Shown: positions 1 through 9,491 of the stretch, piece by piece
Layout of the letters: the number at the start of each line of letters is the position of its first letter
How positions within the stretch are numbered: position 1 is the first letter of the stretch
From: Oscillospiraceae bacterium
GTDB lineage: Bacteria > Bacillota > Clostridia > Oscillospirales > CAG-382
NCBI GenBank assembly: GCA_015064895.1
Contig: SVRI01000008.1
Location: 11,126-75,125, forward strand
Direction of reading: 5' to 3'
Length of the DNA: 64,000 nt
Translations under genes and position numbers: made by a program
The notes under the pieces: generated by a model
What the model was told of the DNA's origin: nothing
What the model saw: only the letters and a program-made list of their open reading frames with translations
Databases searched by the model: none

Positions 1-251
1 AGCTCGATTCATTCGACAACTCTTTTTTCTGGGACAGAGAAAATCTGTCCCTTTCGGCGTTTGGCACCACCATCCGCATAGACAAAAGAATCCCCTATGT
101 TTTTGACAGGCTTTTGTCCTTCAATGATTTATACTTCGGCAAAGGTTTTTCGGAAGTCGTCAAAAACACAGGGAAAGAATTGGGCTGTTTCATTTCGGAT
201 GCAGTCCGGCTGTGCTTTGAGTTTACAAAGGATGTGGTAGGTGCAAAATGA
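1..251 (+). CDS. partial CDS (3' end only), hypothetical protein
   Basis: Frame 3 is open from the window edge to TGA at 249-251. The stop overlaps the next gene's ATG (ATGA). No motif recognised. Confidence 0.35.
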   Translation, partial: LDSFDNSFFWDRENLSLSAFGTTIRIDKRIPYVFDRLLSFNDLYFGKGFSEVVKNTGKELGCFISDAVRLCFEFTKDVVGAK

Positions 252-643
252 TTTTAAAAGCAAAGGAATTTACAACGGTTTTTATTACGGGAGCTCTTCT
301 CTACTCCCTTTGCGAAATTCTTTGGCGCGGCCATACCCACTGGACCATGGTTTTGCTCGGAGGCATTTGCTTTATCGGACTATATTACGGCGAAAAAAGG
401 TTTTCGTCTCTACCTGTTATTCTACGCTGTTTTTCGGGAAGCATTTTCATTACAAGTCTTGAGCTGATTACGGGCAGTTTTGTCAACACCCTTTTTAAAA
501 TGCGTGTGTGGGATTACTCATCGGAGGCCTTCAACTTATTTGGTCAGATATGTCTGAAATTCTCGGTTTACTGGGCTTTTCTGTGTCTTCCCGCCTTTGG
601 TTTCTGCAATATATTGGCACGCATTTTCAACGAAAAACATTAA
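248..643 (+). CDS. small polytopic membrane protein (resembles the putative ABC-transporter type IV / DUF1113 family)
   Basis: 131 aa with about 4 hydrophobic helices. Translationally coupled to the upstream ORF. Confidence 0.55.
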   Translation: MILKAKEFTTVFITGALLYSLCEILWRGHTHWTMVLLGGICFIGLYYGEKRFSSLPVILRCFSGSIFITSLELITGSFVNTLFKMRVWDYSSEAFNLFGQICLKFSVYWAFLCLPAFGFCNILARIFNEKH

Positions 644-721
644 TAAAACACAACTTGGCTTTTTTTCGTTGAATAAAAGTCTCCAATTTTGCGACTTTGA
701 AAACAAATTTAAACAAATCGG

Positions 722-750
722 TTGACATTCAAAAAAAAGAGATGTATAAT
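722..750 (+). promoter_or_regulatory. sigma-70-type promoter upstream of serC
   Basis: TTGACA (722-727), 17-nt spacer, TATAAT (745-750), about 50 nt before the serC start. Confidence 0.55.
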
Positions 751-799
751 TATAACCTAAATCAATTTTTTAACAATCAAATGTTGGAGGTATACAACA

Positions 800-1879
800 A
801 TGAGCAGAATTTACAACTTTTCAGCAGGTCCTTCCATGCTTCCCGTTGAAGTACTTGAGCAGTGCGCAGCGGAAATGCTTGATTACAACGGCAGCGGTAT
901 GTCGGTAATGGAAATGAGCCACCGATCTCCCGTTTACGATGCAATCATCAAGGAAACCGAAGCTGATTTCAGAAAGCTTATGAACATACCTGACAACTAC
1001 AAAGTTCTGTTCCTTCAGGGCGGTGCATCTACTCAATTCGCAGCAGTTCCCCTCAACCTTATGAAGACCGGCAAGGCAGACTATGTAGTTTCCGGTCAGT
1101 TCTCAAAGAAGGCTTACAAAGAAGCACAGAAGTACGGTGACGCAAAGTGCATCGCTTCCAGTGAAGACAGAACATACGCATACATTCCCGAAATCACACC
1201 CGATATGGTAAGAGAAGATGCAGACTATGTTCACGTTTGCTATAACAATACTATCTTTGGTACAAAGTACCCCGAAGTACCCAATGTAGGCGACAAGGTG
1301 CTTGTTGCGGATATGTCATCCTGCATCACAAGCGAACCCGTTGATGTTACAAAGTTCGGCTGTATCTACGCAGGTGCACAGAAGAACATGGCTCCCGCAG
1401 GTTTAACTGTTGTTATCATCAGAGAAGACCTTCTCGGTGCCGAAAAGGAATTTACACCCGTAATGCTTTCCTACAAGGAAATGGCAGAGGCTGATTCCAT
1501 GTACAACACTCCTCCTTGCTACGCAATCTACGTTGCAGGTCTTGTTTATAAGTGGGCACTCAAGAACGGCGGACTTGAAGCCATGAAGAAGAGAAACGAA
1601 GAAAAGGCGGCTCTTCTCTATGACTACATCGACTCCTCCAAGCTCTTTAAGGCAACAGCCGACAAGAAGTACCGATCCATGATGAACGTATGCTTTGTAA
1701 CAGGCGATGCTGACCTTGACAAGAAGTTCTGTAAGGAAGCGGAAGCAGCAGGCCTTTCCAACCTCAAGGGTCACAGAAGCGTCGGCGGCATGAGAGCTTC
1801 CATCTACAATGCAATGCCAAAAGAAGGCGTTGAAAAGCTTGTAGAATTTATGAAGGCTTTTGAAGCGGCTAACGCTTAA
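800..1879 (+). CDS. serC: phosphoserine aminotransferase
   Basis: 359 aa. N-terminus MSRIYNFSAGPSMLP and overall class-V aminotransferase SerC pattern. GGAGG ribosome-binding site (RBS) upstream. Confidence 0.93.
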   Translation: MSRIYNFSAGPSMLPVEVLEQCAAEMLDYNGSGMSVMEMSHRSPVYDAIIKETEADFRKLMNIPDNYKVLFLQGGASTQFAAVPLNLMKTGKADYVVSGQFSKKAYKEAQKYGDAKCIASSEDRTYAYIPEITPDMVREDADYVHVCYNNTIFGTKYPEVPNVGDKVLVADMSSCITSEPVDVTKFGCIYAGAQKNMAPAGLTVVIIREDLLGAEKEFTPVMLSYKEMAEADSMYNTPPCYAIYVAGLVYKWALKNGGLEAMKKRNEEKAALLYDYIDSSKLFKATADKKYRSMMNVCFVTGDADLDKKFCKEAEAAGLSNLKGHRSVGGMRASIYNAMPKEGVEKLVEFMKAFEAANA

Positions 1880-2006
1880 CTTACTTTTTCTTTGCTGAAA
1901 AGAAAAAGTAAGCAAAAAGAAAAGATTTTCGGGATATCAATGATGAAAAACAAGCCGTTTTGCCCGAAATGAAACAAAAAAACAGGGGCGACCCGATGCG
2001 GTCGCC
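1880..2006. repeat. mosaic hairpin repeat (terminal hairpin module + CAAAAAGAAAAG + further hairpins)
   Basis: Hairpin cttactttttcttt/aaagaaaaagtaag starts right after the serC TAA. The same module recurs at 16460, 52700, 59430 and 63603. A second hairpin gggcgacc/ggtcgccc lies at 1985-2006. Confidence 0.7.
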
Positions 2007-2034
2007 CGTTAATATTCCCAAAGGAGAAAATAAA

Positions 2035-3189
2035 ATGTATAACGTAAAGTTACTCAATAAAATCGCAAAATGCGGCACAAGCATTTTCGACAAGGCTACA
2101 TACAATGTAGGTGAAGAAGTCACAAACGCGGAAGCAATCATGGTAAGAAGTGCCTCCATGCATGAAATGGAATTTGACAAGGAACTCCTCGCAATTGCAA
2201 GAGCAGGTGCAGGTGTAAACAACATCCCCCTCGACAAGTGTTCGGATGAAGGCATTGTCGTATTCAACACTCCCGGTGCCAATGCAAACGCAGTAAAAGA
2301 GCTTGCAATCTGTGCACTTCTTCTCGGTTCGAGAAAGATAGTAGACGGTATCAACTGGGCATCCACTCTCACAGAGGATGTTGCAAAGACTGTTGAAAAG
2401 GGCAAGGGTGCATATGTAGGTCCCGAACTCTACGGCAAAACCTTAGGTGTTATCGGTCTCGGTGCCATCGGTGCACTTCTCGCAAATGCGGCAGTTCACC
2501 TCGGCATGAAGGTTTACGGCTATGACCCCTTTATTACAGTAGATTCCGCTTGGAGACTTTCCAAGGAAATCAAGCACTCCACAGAGCTTTCCGAAATTTT
2601 CACAGAATGTGATTACATCTCTGTACATGTTCCTTCCACACCCGACACAAAGGGCATGATTAACGCAGAAACCATCGCTACAATGAAGGACGGCGTAAGA
2701 ATCATCAACCTTGCCCGTGCAGACCTCGTCAACAACGCTGACATCAAGGCTGCACTCGAAAGCGGCAAGGTGGGTTCATATGTAGTTGACTTCCCCACAG
2801 AAGAAACAGTTAATGTTCCCGGTATCGTTGCAATCCCTCACCTTGGTGCTTCGACTCCCGAATCCGAAGACAACTGTGCGATTATGGCTGCAAACGAACT
2901 CGTTGACTACCTTGAATGCGGTAATATCAAGAACAGCGTAAACTTCCCTGCAGCATTCCTTCCCTGTAACGGAGGCACAAGAGTTTGCGTACTTCATAAG
3001 AATGTTCCTGCTATTATTTCTCAGATTACAACGGTTCTTTCCGACGAAAAGCTCAACATCGAAAACATGGTTAACGCTTCCAAGAAGGACAATGCATATA
3101 CACTTCTTGAAGTTGCAGGCGATGTGTCCGATTCCGTAGCCGAAAAGCTTTGTGCTATTGAAAACGTAATCAGAGTAAGAGTTATTTAA
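2035..3189 (+). CDS. serA: D-3-phosphoglycerate dehydrogenase (2-hydroxyacid dehydrogenase with C-terminal ACT-like domain)
   Basis: ORF 1960-3189. Start moved to ATG 2035 behind AAAGGAGA. Rossmann motif GVIGLGAIG. Adjacent to serC. Confidence 0.88.
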   Translation: MYNVKLLNKIAKCGTSIFDKATYNVGEEVTNAEAIMVRSASMHEMEFDKELLAIARAGAGVNNIPLDKCSDEGIVVFNTPGANANAVKELAICALLLGSRKIVDGINWASTLTEDVAKTVEKGKGAYVGPELYGKTLGVIGLGAIGALLANAAVHLGMKVYGYDPFITVDSAWRLSKEIKHSTELSEIFTECDYISVHVPSTPDTKGMINAETIATMKDGVRIINLARADLVNNADIKAALESGKVGSYVVDFPTEETVNVPGIVAIPHLGASTPESEDNCAIMAANELVDYLECGNIKNSVNFPAAFLPCNGGTRVCVLHKNVPAIISQITTVLSDEKLNIENMVNASKKDNAYTLLEVAGDVSDSVAEKLCAIENVIRVRVI

Positions 3190-3212
3190 CGTTTCCAAAC
3201 ACATAATGTAAA

Positions 3213-3240
3213 CCGCCGATGTCGTATTTGACATCGGCGG
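3213..3240. terminator. bidirectional hairpin terminator between convergent serA and GH130
   Basis: Stem ccgccgatgtc/gacatcggcgg flanked by A-rich and T-rich runs. Confidence 0.55.
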
Positions 3241-3246
3241 TACTTT

Positions 3247-4251
3247 TTATTTGTTTTCCGTACAGAGTTTAATAAGGTCATCGACATTTGCCGTCGCAAG
3301 ACATTCAACGGCATCCGACGCACCGTAGTAAATCTTGACTTCGCCGTCGTCCTCGAGCAGCATACCTCCGGGGAAGATTACATTTGTTCTGAAGCCTTCG
3401 TCTGTTTCATATGGTGTTTCAGGCGCAAGCAAAGGCTCTTTACTCATGCCGACAATCTTTGAAGGATCTTCAAGGTCGAGCAGCATAAGCCCCGCTGTGT
3501 ATCTCTTTGTCCAACGTGGTTCCCAGCCGTTTTTACCTCTTGTATCATCAATATCAACGGCATGGAATGTGGTAAGCCAGCCCTTTTCGGTCTTTATGGG
3601 AGGAGCTGCGGGACCTACCTTGTCATTGGCATAGGGTACGTTTTCAACGCCGAGAACAAGTTTGTTGTTGCCCCAGAACTTGAGGTCGGGTGACTGACCT
3701 ATCCAGAGGTCGAATCTGTCCTTGCCTCTTGAATATACGGGCATAGGTCGTTCAAGTCTTGTATAAAGTCCGCCGATTTTTTCGGGGAAAAGCACCATGT
3801 TTCTGTTATCGGGTGCAGATATTGAGAGAACCTCAAGACTGTCAAGATGTTCATTTATCCTGCCTATGCCGCCGAGGATTCCGTGTGCCGTATCAACGGC
3901 AAAGCACATATAAAGCTCGCCGTCAATCACCGTAAGTCTCGGGTCATAATAACGGAGTGTTTCTTCTGTCTTCATTTCCTCAAAACTAAGGAAGGGTTTT
4001 GGTGAAACATCCCACTTTATGCCGTCATCACTTGTGGCAAGACCCAAGTGCGTACCGCCGAAACGGGGCAGTTCATCTGTAAATCCCATATCGTCACGGA
4101 AAATCATAACGTATTTGCCTTGGTATTTTGCAATGCCTGCATTGAAAATCAAAGTGGCATCATAGGGTATATCCTTCTTTGAGAGGATGGGATTGTTTTG
4201 GTATCTTTTGATTACGGGTGCTGATTTGAGAACGGGTGTCATAATAGCCAT
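3247..4251 (-). CDS. GH130 beta-mannoside phosphorylase (mannosylglucose / mannooligosaccharide phosphorylase type)
   Basis: 334 aa. Family-typical N-terminus (KRYxxNPILSxxDIPY ... FNAGIAKYxGKYVMIFRDD). AAGGAG RBS. Confidence 0.88.
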   Translation of the reverse strand: MAIMTPVLKSAPVIKRYQNNPILSKKDIPYDATLIFNAGIAKYQGKYVMIFRDDMGFTDELPRFGGTHLGLATSDDGIKWDVSPKPFLSFEEMKTEETLRYYDPRLTVIDGELYMCFAVDTAHGILGGIGRINEHLDSLEVLSISAPDNRNMVLFPEKIGGLYTRLERPMPVYSRGKDRFDLWIGQSPDLKFWGNNKLVLGVENVPYANDKVGPAAPPIKTEKGWLTTFHAVDIDDTRGKNGWEPRWTKRYTAGLMLLDLEDPSKIVGMSKEPLLAPETPYETDEGFRTNVIFPGGMLLEDDGEVKIYYGASDAVECLATANVDDLIKLCTENK

Positions 4252-4265
4252 TTTTGTTTTCTCCT

Positions 4266-5969
4266 TTATTCAAGTGAAAGTTTTGTTTTGATTTCCGTCT
4301 TTACCTTTTCAAGTCTTTCTTCAGCCTTGTTTCTATCGGCTTCCTTAATGCTGTAATAAATCTTGATTTTGGGCTCTGTACCCGAAGGACGGATAGCCAC
4401 CCATGAGCCGTCATCGAAAATGTATTTGAGAACGTCGGATTTGGGAAGTGTTCCGAAACCTTCTTCTGCGGCAATGCCCGTCGAGAAGTCCTGAACAGAT
4501 GTCTTTTCGGAGAATGGAGAACCTTCGTTACGAAGCTGTATCATCATGGACTTTATCTGCCGGAGTCCGTCTTTACCCTTAAGCGTAAAGCTGTCAAGAG
4601 CATCCTTGTAGTAGCCGTACTTTTTATAAAGCTCGTTCATCTTATCAATAAGCGTCTTGCCCTGAGACTTACAGAGAGCACAAAGCTCGCAAATTAGCAT
4701 AGAGGACACAACGGCATCCTTATCCTGTGCGTGTGTTCCGCAAAGGTAGCCGTAGCTTTCTTCGTAGCCGAAAAGATAGGTGTAGCCGCAAAGCTCATTT
4801 CCTTGTGCTTTTGCCTTTTCAAACTGTGTAATCTTTTCGCCGATAAATTTAAAACCTGTGAGGGTTGTGAAGATATTTGCACCGTAGCTTCTTGCGATTT
4901 CCGCACCAAGCTCGCTTGTGACAACCGTCTTGATTACCGCCGCCTTCTTGACAGAGGACATATCGGTATTTGACAGCACATAGTCAACAAGAAGTGCACC
5001 CACCTGATTGCCTGTCATAAGTTCGTAGCCGTCATTCGTCTTTACTGCAATACCAACTCTGTCGCAGTCGGGGTCTGTGCCGAATACAAGGTCGGCACCG
5101 CACTTTTCTGCCTGCTCAATACCGAGTGTCAGAGCTCGTCTGTCCTCAGGGTTGGGAGATACCACCGTCGGGAAATTGCCGTCCTCGGTGCACTGAAGCT
5201 CAACCGTATCAACATGAGCAAAGCCGCCCTTTTGGAGTGCTTTAAGAACGGGAACTCGTCCTGTACCGTGAAGGGGTGTATAAACAATATGAAGATTCTT
5301 TTTTGCGTCGGTGTCGGAAAGTCTTGATTGCGTTAAAACTTCATCCACAAACACATTTGTGTGGTCAACGATTTCTACAAGGCTGTCGTTTCCGTCAAAA
5401 GGAACTGTCTTTATATCACTAATGCCGTTTATAACCGAAAGTAGCTTCTTTGCAGGCTCTGTTGTGAGCTGACAGCCATATTCGTCATAAACCTTGTAGC
5501 CGTTATATTCCTTGGGATTGTGGCTGGCTGTCAGGACAATACCTGCCAAAGCACCGACATGCTTTACAGAGAAAGACAGCATGGGAGTCGGTCTTGCCTC
5601 GGAGTGAAGATAAACCTTTATTCCCATTCCCGAAAGAATATCGGCAGAGATTTTTGCAAAGTATCTCGAATTATTTCTTGTGTCACAGCCGATGCACACA
5701 CCTTTTTCATGGCACACATCCTTGCCGAAGGTGTCAAGAAGATACAGTCCGAGACCGTAGGTTGCTTTGCCCACGGTGTACTTATTCATGCGGTTGGTGC
5801 CCGCACCCATAACACCGCGAAGTCCGCCTGTACCGAATTCAAGGTCGCAGTAAAATCTGTCTTCTATCTCCTTTTCATCGGTGAGAGAAGAAAGCTCGGT
5901 TCTTGTTTCTTCATCGAAAAAAGACGCTGTTTTCCATTCGTTAAACGCATCAAGATAATTCTTTGACAT
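4266..5969 (-). CDS. phosphomannomutase / phosphoglucomutase (alpha-D-phosphohexomutase family)
   Basis: Active-site loop TASHNP. Four-domain length of about 567 aa. Start set to MSKNYL (5969) behind AAGGAGAG. Confidence 0.88.
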   Translation of the reverse strand: MSKNYLDAFNEWKTASFFDEETRTELSSLTDEKEIEDRFYCDLEFGTGGLRGVMGAGTNRMNKYTVGKATYGLGLYLLDTFGKDVCHEKGVCIGCDTRNNSRYFAKISADILSGMGIKVYLHSEARPTPMLSFSVKHVGALAGIVLTASHNPKEYNGYKVYDEYGCQLTTEPAKKLLSVINGISDIKTVPFDGNDSLVEIVDHTNVFVDEVLTQSRLSDTDAKKNLHIVYTPLHGTGRVPVLKALQKGGFAHVDTVELQCTEDGNFPTVVSPNPEDRRALTLGIEQAEKCGADLVFGTDPDCDRVGIAVKTNDGYELMTGNQVGALLVDYVLSNTDMSSVKKAAVIKTVVTSELGAEIARSYGANIFTTLTGFKFIGEKITQFEKAKAQGNELCGYTYLFGYEESYGYLCGTHAQDKDAVVSSMLICELCALCKSQGKTLIDKMNELYKKYGYYKDALDSFTLKGKDGLRQIKSMMIQLRNEGSPFSEKTSVQDFSTGIAAEEGFGTLPKSDVLKYIFDDGSWVAIRPSGTEPKIKIYYSIKEADRNKAEERLEKVKTEIKTKLSLE

Positions 5970-5983
5970 AGTTCTCTCCTTTT

Positions 5984-7435
5984 TTAGTGTGCACATTTTC
6001 CGAAAACAGTAAAGCTTGTAACACCGGGCTCGATTCCCTCAGGTGAACCCAGAATACGCAGACGAACCTGCTTTGTGGTAACTCTGTCAAACTGTCTGTA
6101 ATCAACGCACAAATCTCTTGTGTTTTCCGAAGCATCGACAAGCATCTTCCATTCGCCGCTTTCGATGTCTTCATATTCAGCAATATATTGGAATGCACCC
6201 GGGTTGATTCCGTCCAGGGTTTCCATACCTATATCTCTCCAGATTATACGCATCGCTTCGATATTATACCCTTTTTCCGAACGCAAATCTACGGTGAGAA
6301 TTTTTTCGTGGTCATCGTGCCGTGGCTGCCACCATGTAAACACACTGTCATCCGAAGCATAGAACGGCTCTCTGCCGGGTGTGTGGCTTGTGGCAGATGT
6401 CGGCTGCATGAATGTAAGGGGAAGAAGTCCCGCGCCGTTGCCGTTTTCAGGGTTTTTGATTACACCCGGGGCAAACTGCGGTACTTCTGATGTTTCGGGA
6501 CAGTAAAGCTCACCGTTTTCGTCAATTCCAAGTACATCAACGCTTACTCTTCTCTCATACACATAATTAAAGCCGAAAATGTTTGTATAAAACACCCAGT
6601 ACGTGTTGTCGGGTCCTTTTGCAATAGAGCCGTGACCTGCACCGCGCATGAGTCCGTGGCGTTTTTCTGTCAGCGGGTCATGCCTTTCCTGACGGACAAA
6701 GCCCGAAAGAGGTCCTTCATCCGAATACATGATGCCGCAGGCATAGCTTGAAAACTGAGTACCGCTTCCCGAATAGAGAAGATAGTATCTCGAACCTATC
6801 TTTATCATCCACTGACCCTCTGTCCAGCCGATGCGTTCATTCTGGTTGTATTCGCCGTGTCTTTCCCATTCCTTGTCGGGTGAGAAGGTGTTTATCCACA
6901 CAGGTTCGGTTATAAGCTTCCAGGGTTCATCGGGGTCGCACTCTGCACCCATTGTACCTACGACAAGTTCAACATCCTCGCCGTCATGCGGCCGTCTTGT
7001 CTGACACCAATAGAAATAAAGCCTGTCGCCGTCGGCAAGATAACATCCGTCGGGAACTGAAAATTCTCTGCCGTTTACATCCGTAAGTTTTCCGCAAAGT
7101 TTGAAAGGACCGAGAGGGCTGTCTGCAACATACACTTCGGGAATACAGTGACCGCTTAAATACCACTTGCCCCTGAAGTTTACAACAGCAGGGCTGTATC
7201 TTAAGTTATCAATGCCGATATCAACATGCTTCCAATTTACAAAATCTTCGGAAACATATGCCATTTTATAGCTTGGGTACATAATCCATTTGCCCTCGTA
7301 ATAAATTACGCTGGGGTCGGAAATGGAACGGTAGTCATTAATTTCTCTCGGATTCTGTTCCAATTGCGATGCATCAAGCCATCTTCCCGATCCGATATTT
7401 TCAATGCTTAATGGGTTACAATATGTAAGTTTCAT
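5984..7435 (-). CDS. GH43-like five-bladed propeller glycosidase with C-terminal discoidin (F5/8 type C)-like domain
   Basis: 483 aa. The N-terminal two-thirds looks like a GH43-family beta-propeller. The C-terminal ~130 aa is jelly-roll-like. Confidence 0.6.
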   Translation of the reverse strand: MKLTYCNPLSIENIGSGRWLDASQLEQNPREINDYRSISDPSVIYYEGKWIMYPSYKMAYVSEDFVNWKHVDIGIDNLRYSPAVVNFRGKWYLSGHCIPEVYVADSPLGPFKLCGKLTDVNGREFSVPDGCYLADGDRLYFYWCQTRRPHDGEDVELVVGTMGAECDPDEPWKLITEPVWINTFSPDKEWERHGEYNQNERIGWTEGQWMIKIGSRYYLLYSGSGTQFSSYACGIMYSDEGPLSGFVRQERHDPLTEKRHGLMRGAGHGSIAKGPDNTYWVFYTNIFGFNYVYERRVSVDVLGIDENGELYCPETSEVPQFAPGVIKNPENGNGAGLLPLTFMQPTSATSHTPGREPFYASDDSVFTWWQPRHDDHEKILTVDLRSEKGYNIEAMRIIWRDIGMETLDGINPGAFQYIAEYEDIESGEWKMLVDASENTRDLCVDYRQFDRVTTKQVRLRILGSPEGIEPGVTSFTVFGKCAH

Positions 7436-7520
7436 ATGTTTTTCCCGCCTTTACATTTACGCTTACTCGTTTTTTAATTGTAAAACATCGGAATTGATAT
7501 GTCAACCCAAAAGGCAATTT

Positions 7521-8519
7521 TTATTTATCAAGACAAAGCTTAAGAAGGTCGTTTACATCGGCAGTCGCAAGACATTCAACCGTATCCGCAGCACCGTAGT
7601 AAATCTTTACTTCTCCGCTGTCCTCGAGTATCATACCGCCGGGGAAAATTACGTTCTGTCTGATACCCTCATCTACTTCATAGTCTGTTTCGGGTGCTAA
7701 AAGGGGTTCTTTATACATACCGATAACCTTTGAAGGGTCTTCAAGGTCAAGCAGTGCAATACCTGCCGTATATCTCTTTGGCCACTTTTCTTCCCAGCCG
7801 TTCTTGCCTCTTGTGTTGTCGATATCAACTGCGTGGAAGGTTGTAAGCCATCCCTTTTCGGTTTTTATGGGAGGTGCCGCAGGACCTATTTTATCGTTGG
7901 CATAGGGTACATCCTCAACACCCATAACAAGCTTGCTTCTGCCCCAGAATTCAAGGTCGGGAGATGTCGAGTACCACATATCAAATCTATCCTTGCCTCT
8001 TGAGTAAATAGGCATGGGTCTTTCAAGTCTTGCGTACATTCCGCCGATTTTTTCGGGGAAAAGCACCATGTTTCTGTTATCGGGAACTGTCATTGAGAGA
8101 ATTTCGAGTTTTTCAAGGTCATGGATTTTACCCATACCGCCGCGAAGTCCGTGTCTTGTGTCAATGGCAAAGCACATATAAAGTTCTCCGTCAAGAACGG
8201 TAAGTCTTGGGTCATAGAATCTTTCGATTTCGTCAGTCTCCGCTTCTTGCTGTGAGATAAAGGGCTTGTTTCTTACATCCCAGTGAATACCGTCATCGCT
8301 TGTGGCAAGACCGAGGTGGATGCCCTTGAGTGAAAGCTCGCCATAGGCTGTTCTTACGTCATCTCTGAAAACCATAACGTACTTACCTTCATACTTTGCA
8401 ATACCTGCATTGTATATAAGGGTTGCTTCATAGGGAATATCATGACGGGAAAGTATGGGGTTGTTTTCATATCTCTTTACAAGAGGACAGGATTTGAGTT
8501 CGGGAAACACCTTTGGCAT
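7521..8519 (-). CDS. GH130 beta-mannoside phosphorylase, paralogue of 3247-4251
   Basis: 332 aa, collinear and highly similar to the first GH130 across its whole length. Confidence 0.88.
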   Translation of the reverse strand: MPKVFPELKSCPLVKRYENNPILSRHDIPYEATLIYNAGIAKYEGKYVMVFRDDVRTAYGELSLKGIHLGLATSDDGIHWDVRNKPFISQQEAETDEIERFYDPRLTVLDGELYMCFAIDTRHGLRGGMGKIHDLEKLEILSMTVPDNRNMVLFPEKIGGMYARLERPMPIYSRGKDRFDMWYSTSPDLEFWGRSKLVMGVEDVPYANDKIGPAAPPIKTEKGWLTTFHAVDIDNTRGKNGWEEKWPKRYTAGIALLDLEDPSKVIGMYKEPLLAPETDYEVDEGIRQNVIFPGGMILEDSGEVKIYYGAADTVECLATADVNDLLKLCLDK

Positions 8520-8636
8520 AGTTTTTACTTCCTTTCATGTTACAATATACATTTACATTATATATACAATTTTTCAATATGTAAAGTGCAAAAATCCTGT
8601 TATAATTAAGAAAATCCAATATTCGGGGGTTTTTTA

Positions 8637-9455
8637 ATGCAAAACAATTATTACATTGCCGTAAAACAGATAGAAAACCACTTAGAAATTTCAACACGGT
8701 ATCACAAGAAAGGTCCTGTCAGCCCCAATCACTGGCACGACTACTTTGAATTTGAAATGGTGCTTGACGGTGAATATGAGCACACCGTTGCAGGCGAAAA
8801 GAGAATTGCAAGACGTGGAAGTGCGTGGATTATGTCATATCTCGACTATCATCACCTTAATTGCAACGCCGATGCAATACTTATAAACATGAGTTTTACG
8901 GGCGAGGACATGGACAAAGAGGTTGTTGAATTTTTGTCATCCGTCGCAGGCGGTATTCTTTGTGAATTTGACGAAGAAACAACAGAGAAAATCCTGGGTC
9001 TTTGCGAAAAGGCAAGAAGTGAAATGTTGGAAAAGAATCCGATGTGGAAATGCTCTGCCATAGGTGCTGTTGAAGAAATACTTGTTACGGCAATAAGAAA
9101 CCGCGTACAAAAGGCAAGTGTGCAGAATACGCCAAAGCTCCTGCAATCGGTGACAAATTATCTTCGACAGAATTACAAGAATGATATTTCCCTCTCGACC
9201 GTTGCAAAGCATTTCGGTTTGTCGGCAGGACACTTGGGACTTATTTTCGGCAAAAACTTCGGCATGAACTACAACAATTATGTCAACAGGGTTCGTCTGA
9301 AACACGCTTGCAATATGCTAACATATTCAAATCTTTCAACAAAAGAAATTGCAACAGAATGCGGCTTCAATTCGGTGGAATACTTCTTCTACGTTTTCAA
9401 AAAGCATCTTTTATGCACTCCAAATGATTACAGGAAACAAACAAAGGATATATAA
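8637..9455 (+). CDS. AraC-family transcriptional regulator (cupin sensor + HTH)
   Basis: 272 aa. C-terminal double HTH (ISLSTVAKHFGLSAGHL ... TKEIATECGFNSVEYF). Divergent from the GH130 operon. Confidence 0.85.
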   Translation: MQNNYYIAVKQIENHLEISTRYHKKGPVSPNHWHDYFEFEMVLDGEYEHTVAGEKRIARRGSAWIMSYLDYHHLNCNADAILINMSFTGEDMDKEVVEFLSSVAGGILCEFDEETTEKILGLCEKARSEMLEKNPMWKCSAIGAVEEILVTAIRNRVQKASVQNTPKLLQSVTNYLRQNYKNDISLSTVAKHFGLSAGHLGLIFGKNFGMNYNNYVNRVRLKHACNMLTYSNLSTKEIATECGFNSVEYFFYVFKKHLLCTPNDYRKQTKDI

Positions 9456-9461
9456 AGAGAA

Positions 9462-9488
9462 AAGCGGTGCAAAAGCACCGCTTTTTTA
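9462..9488. terminator. bidirectional intrinsic terminator (AraC / MFS convergent)
   Basis: Stem aagcggtgc/gcaccgctt followed by TTTTT, with an A-run on the other side. Confidence 0.6.
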
Positions 9489-9491
9489 TGT

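Noticed and set aside
1880-1912. The terminal repeat hairpins considered as ordinary rho-independent terminators.
   Set aside because: In the gene-distal direction they are followed by CAAAAAGAAAA rather than a U-tract. Several sit upstream of start codons inside operons or between tRNAs. A termination role cannot be excluded, but they are not canonical intrinsic terminators.
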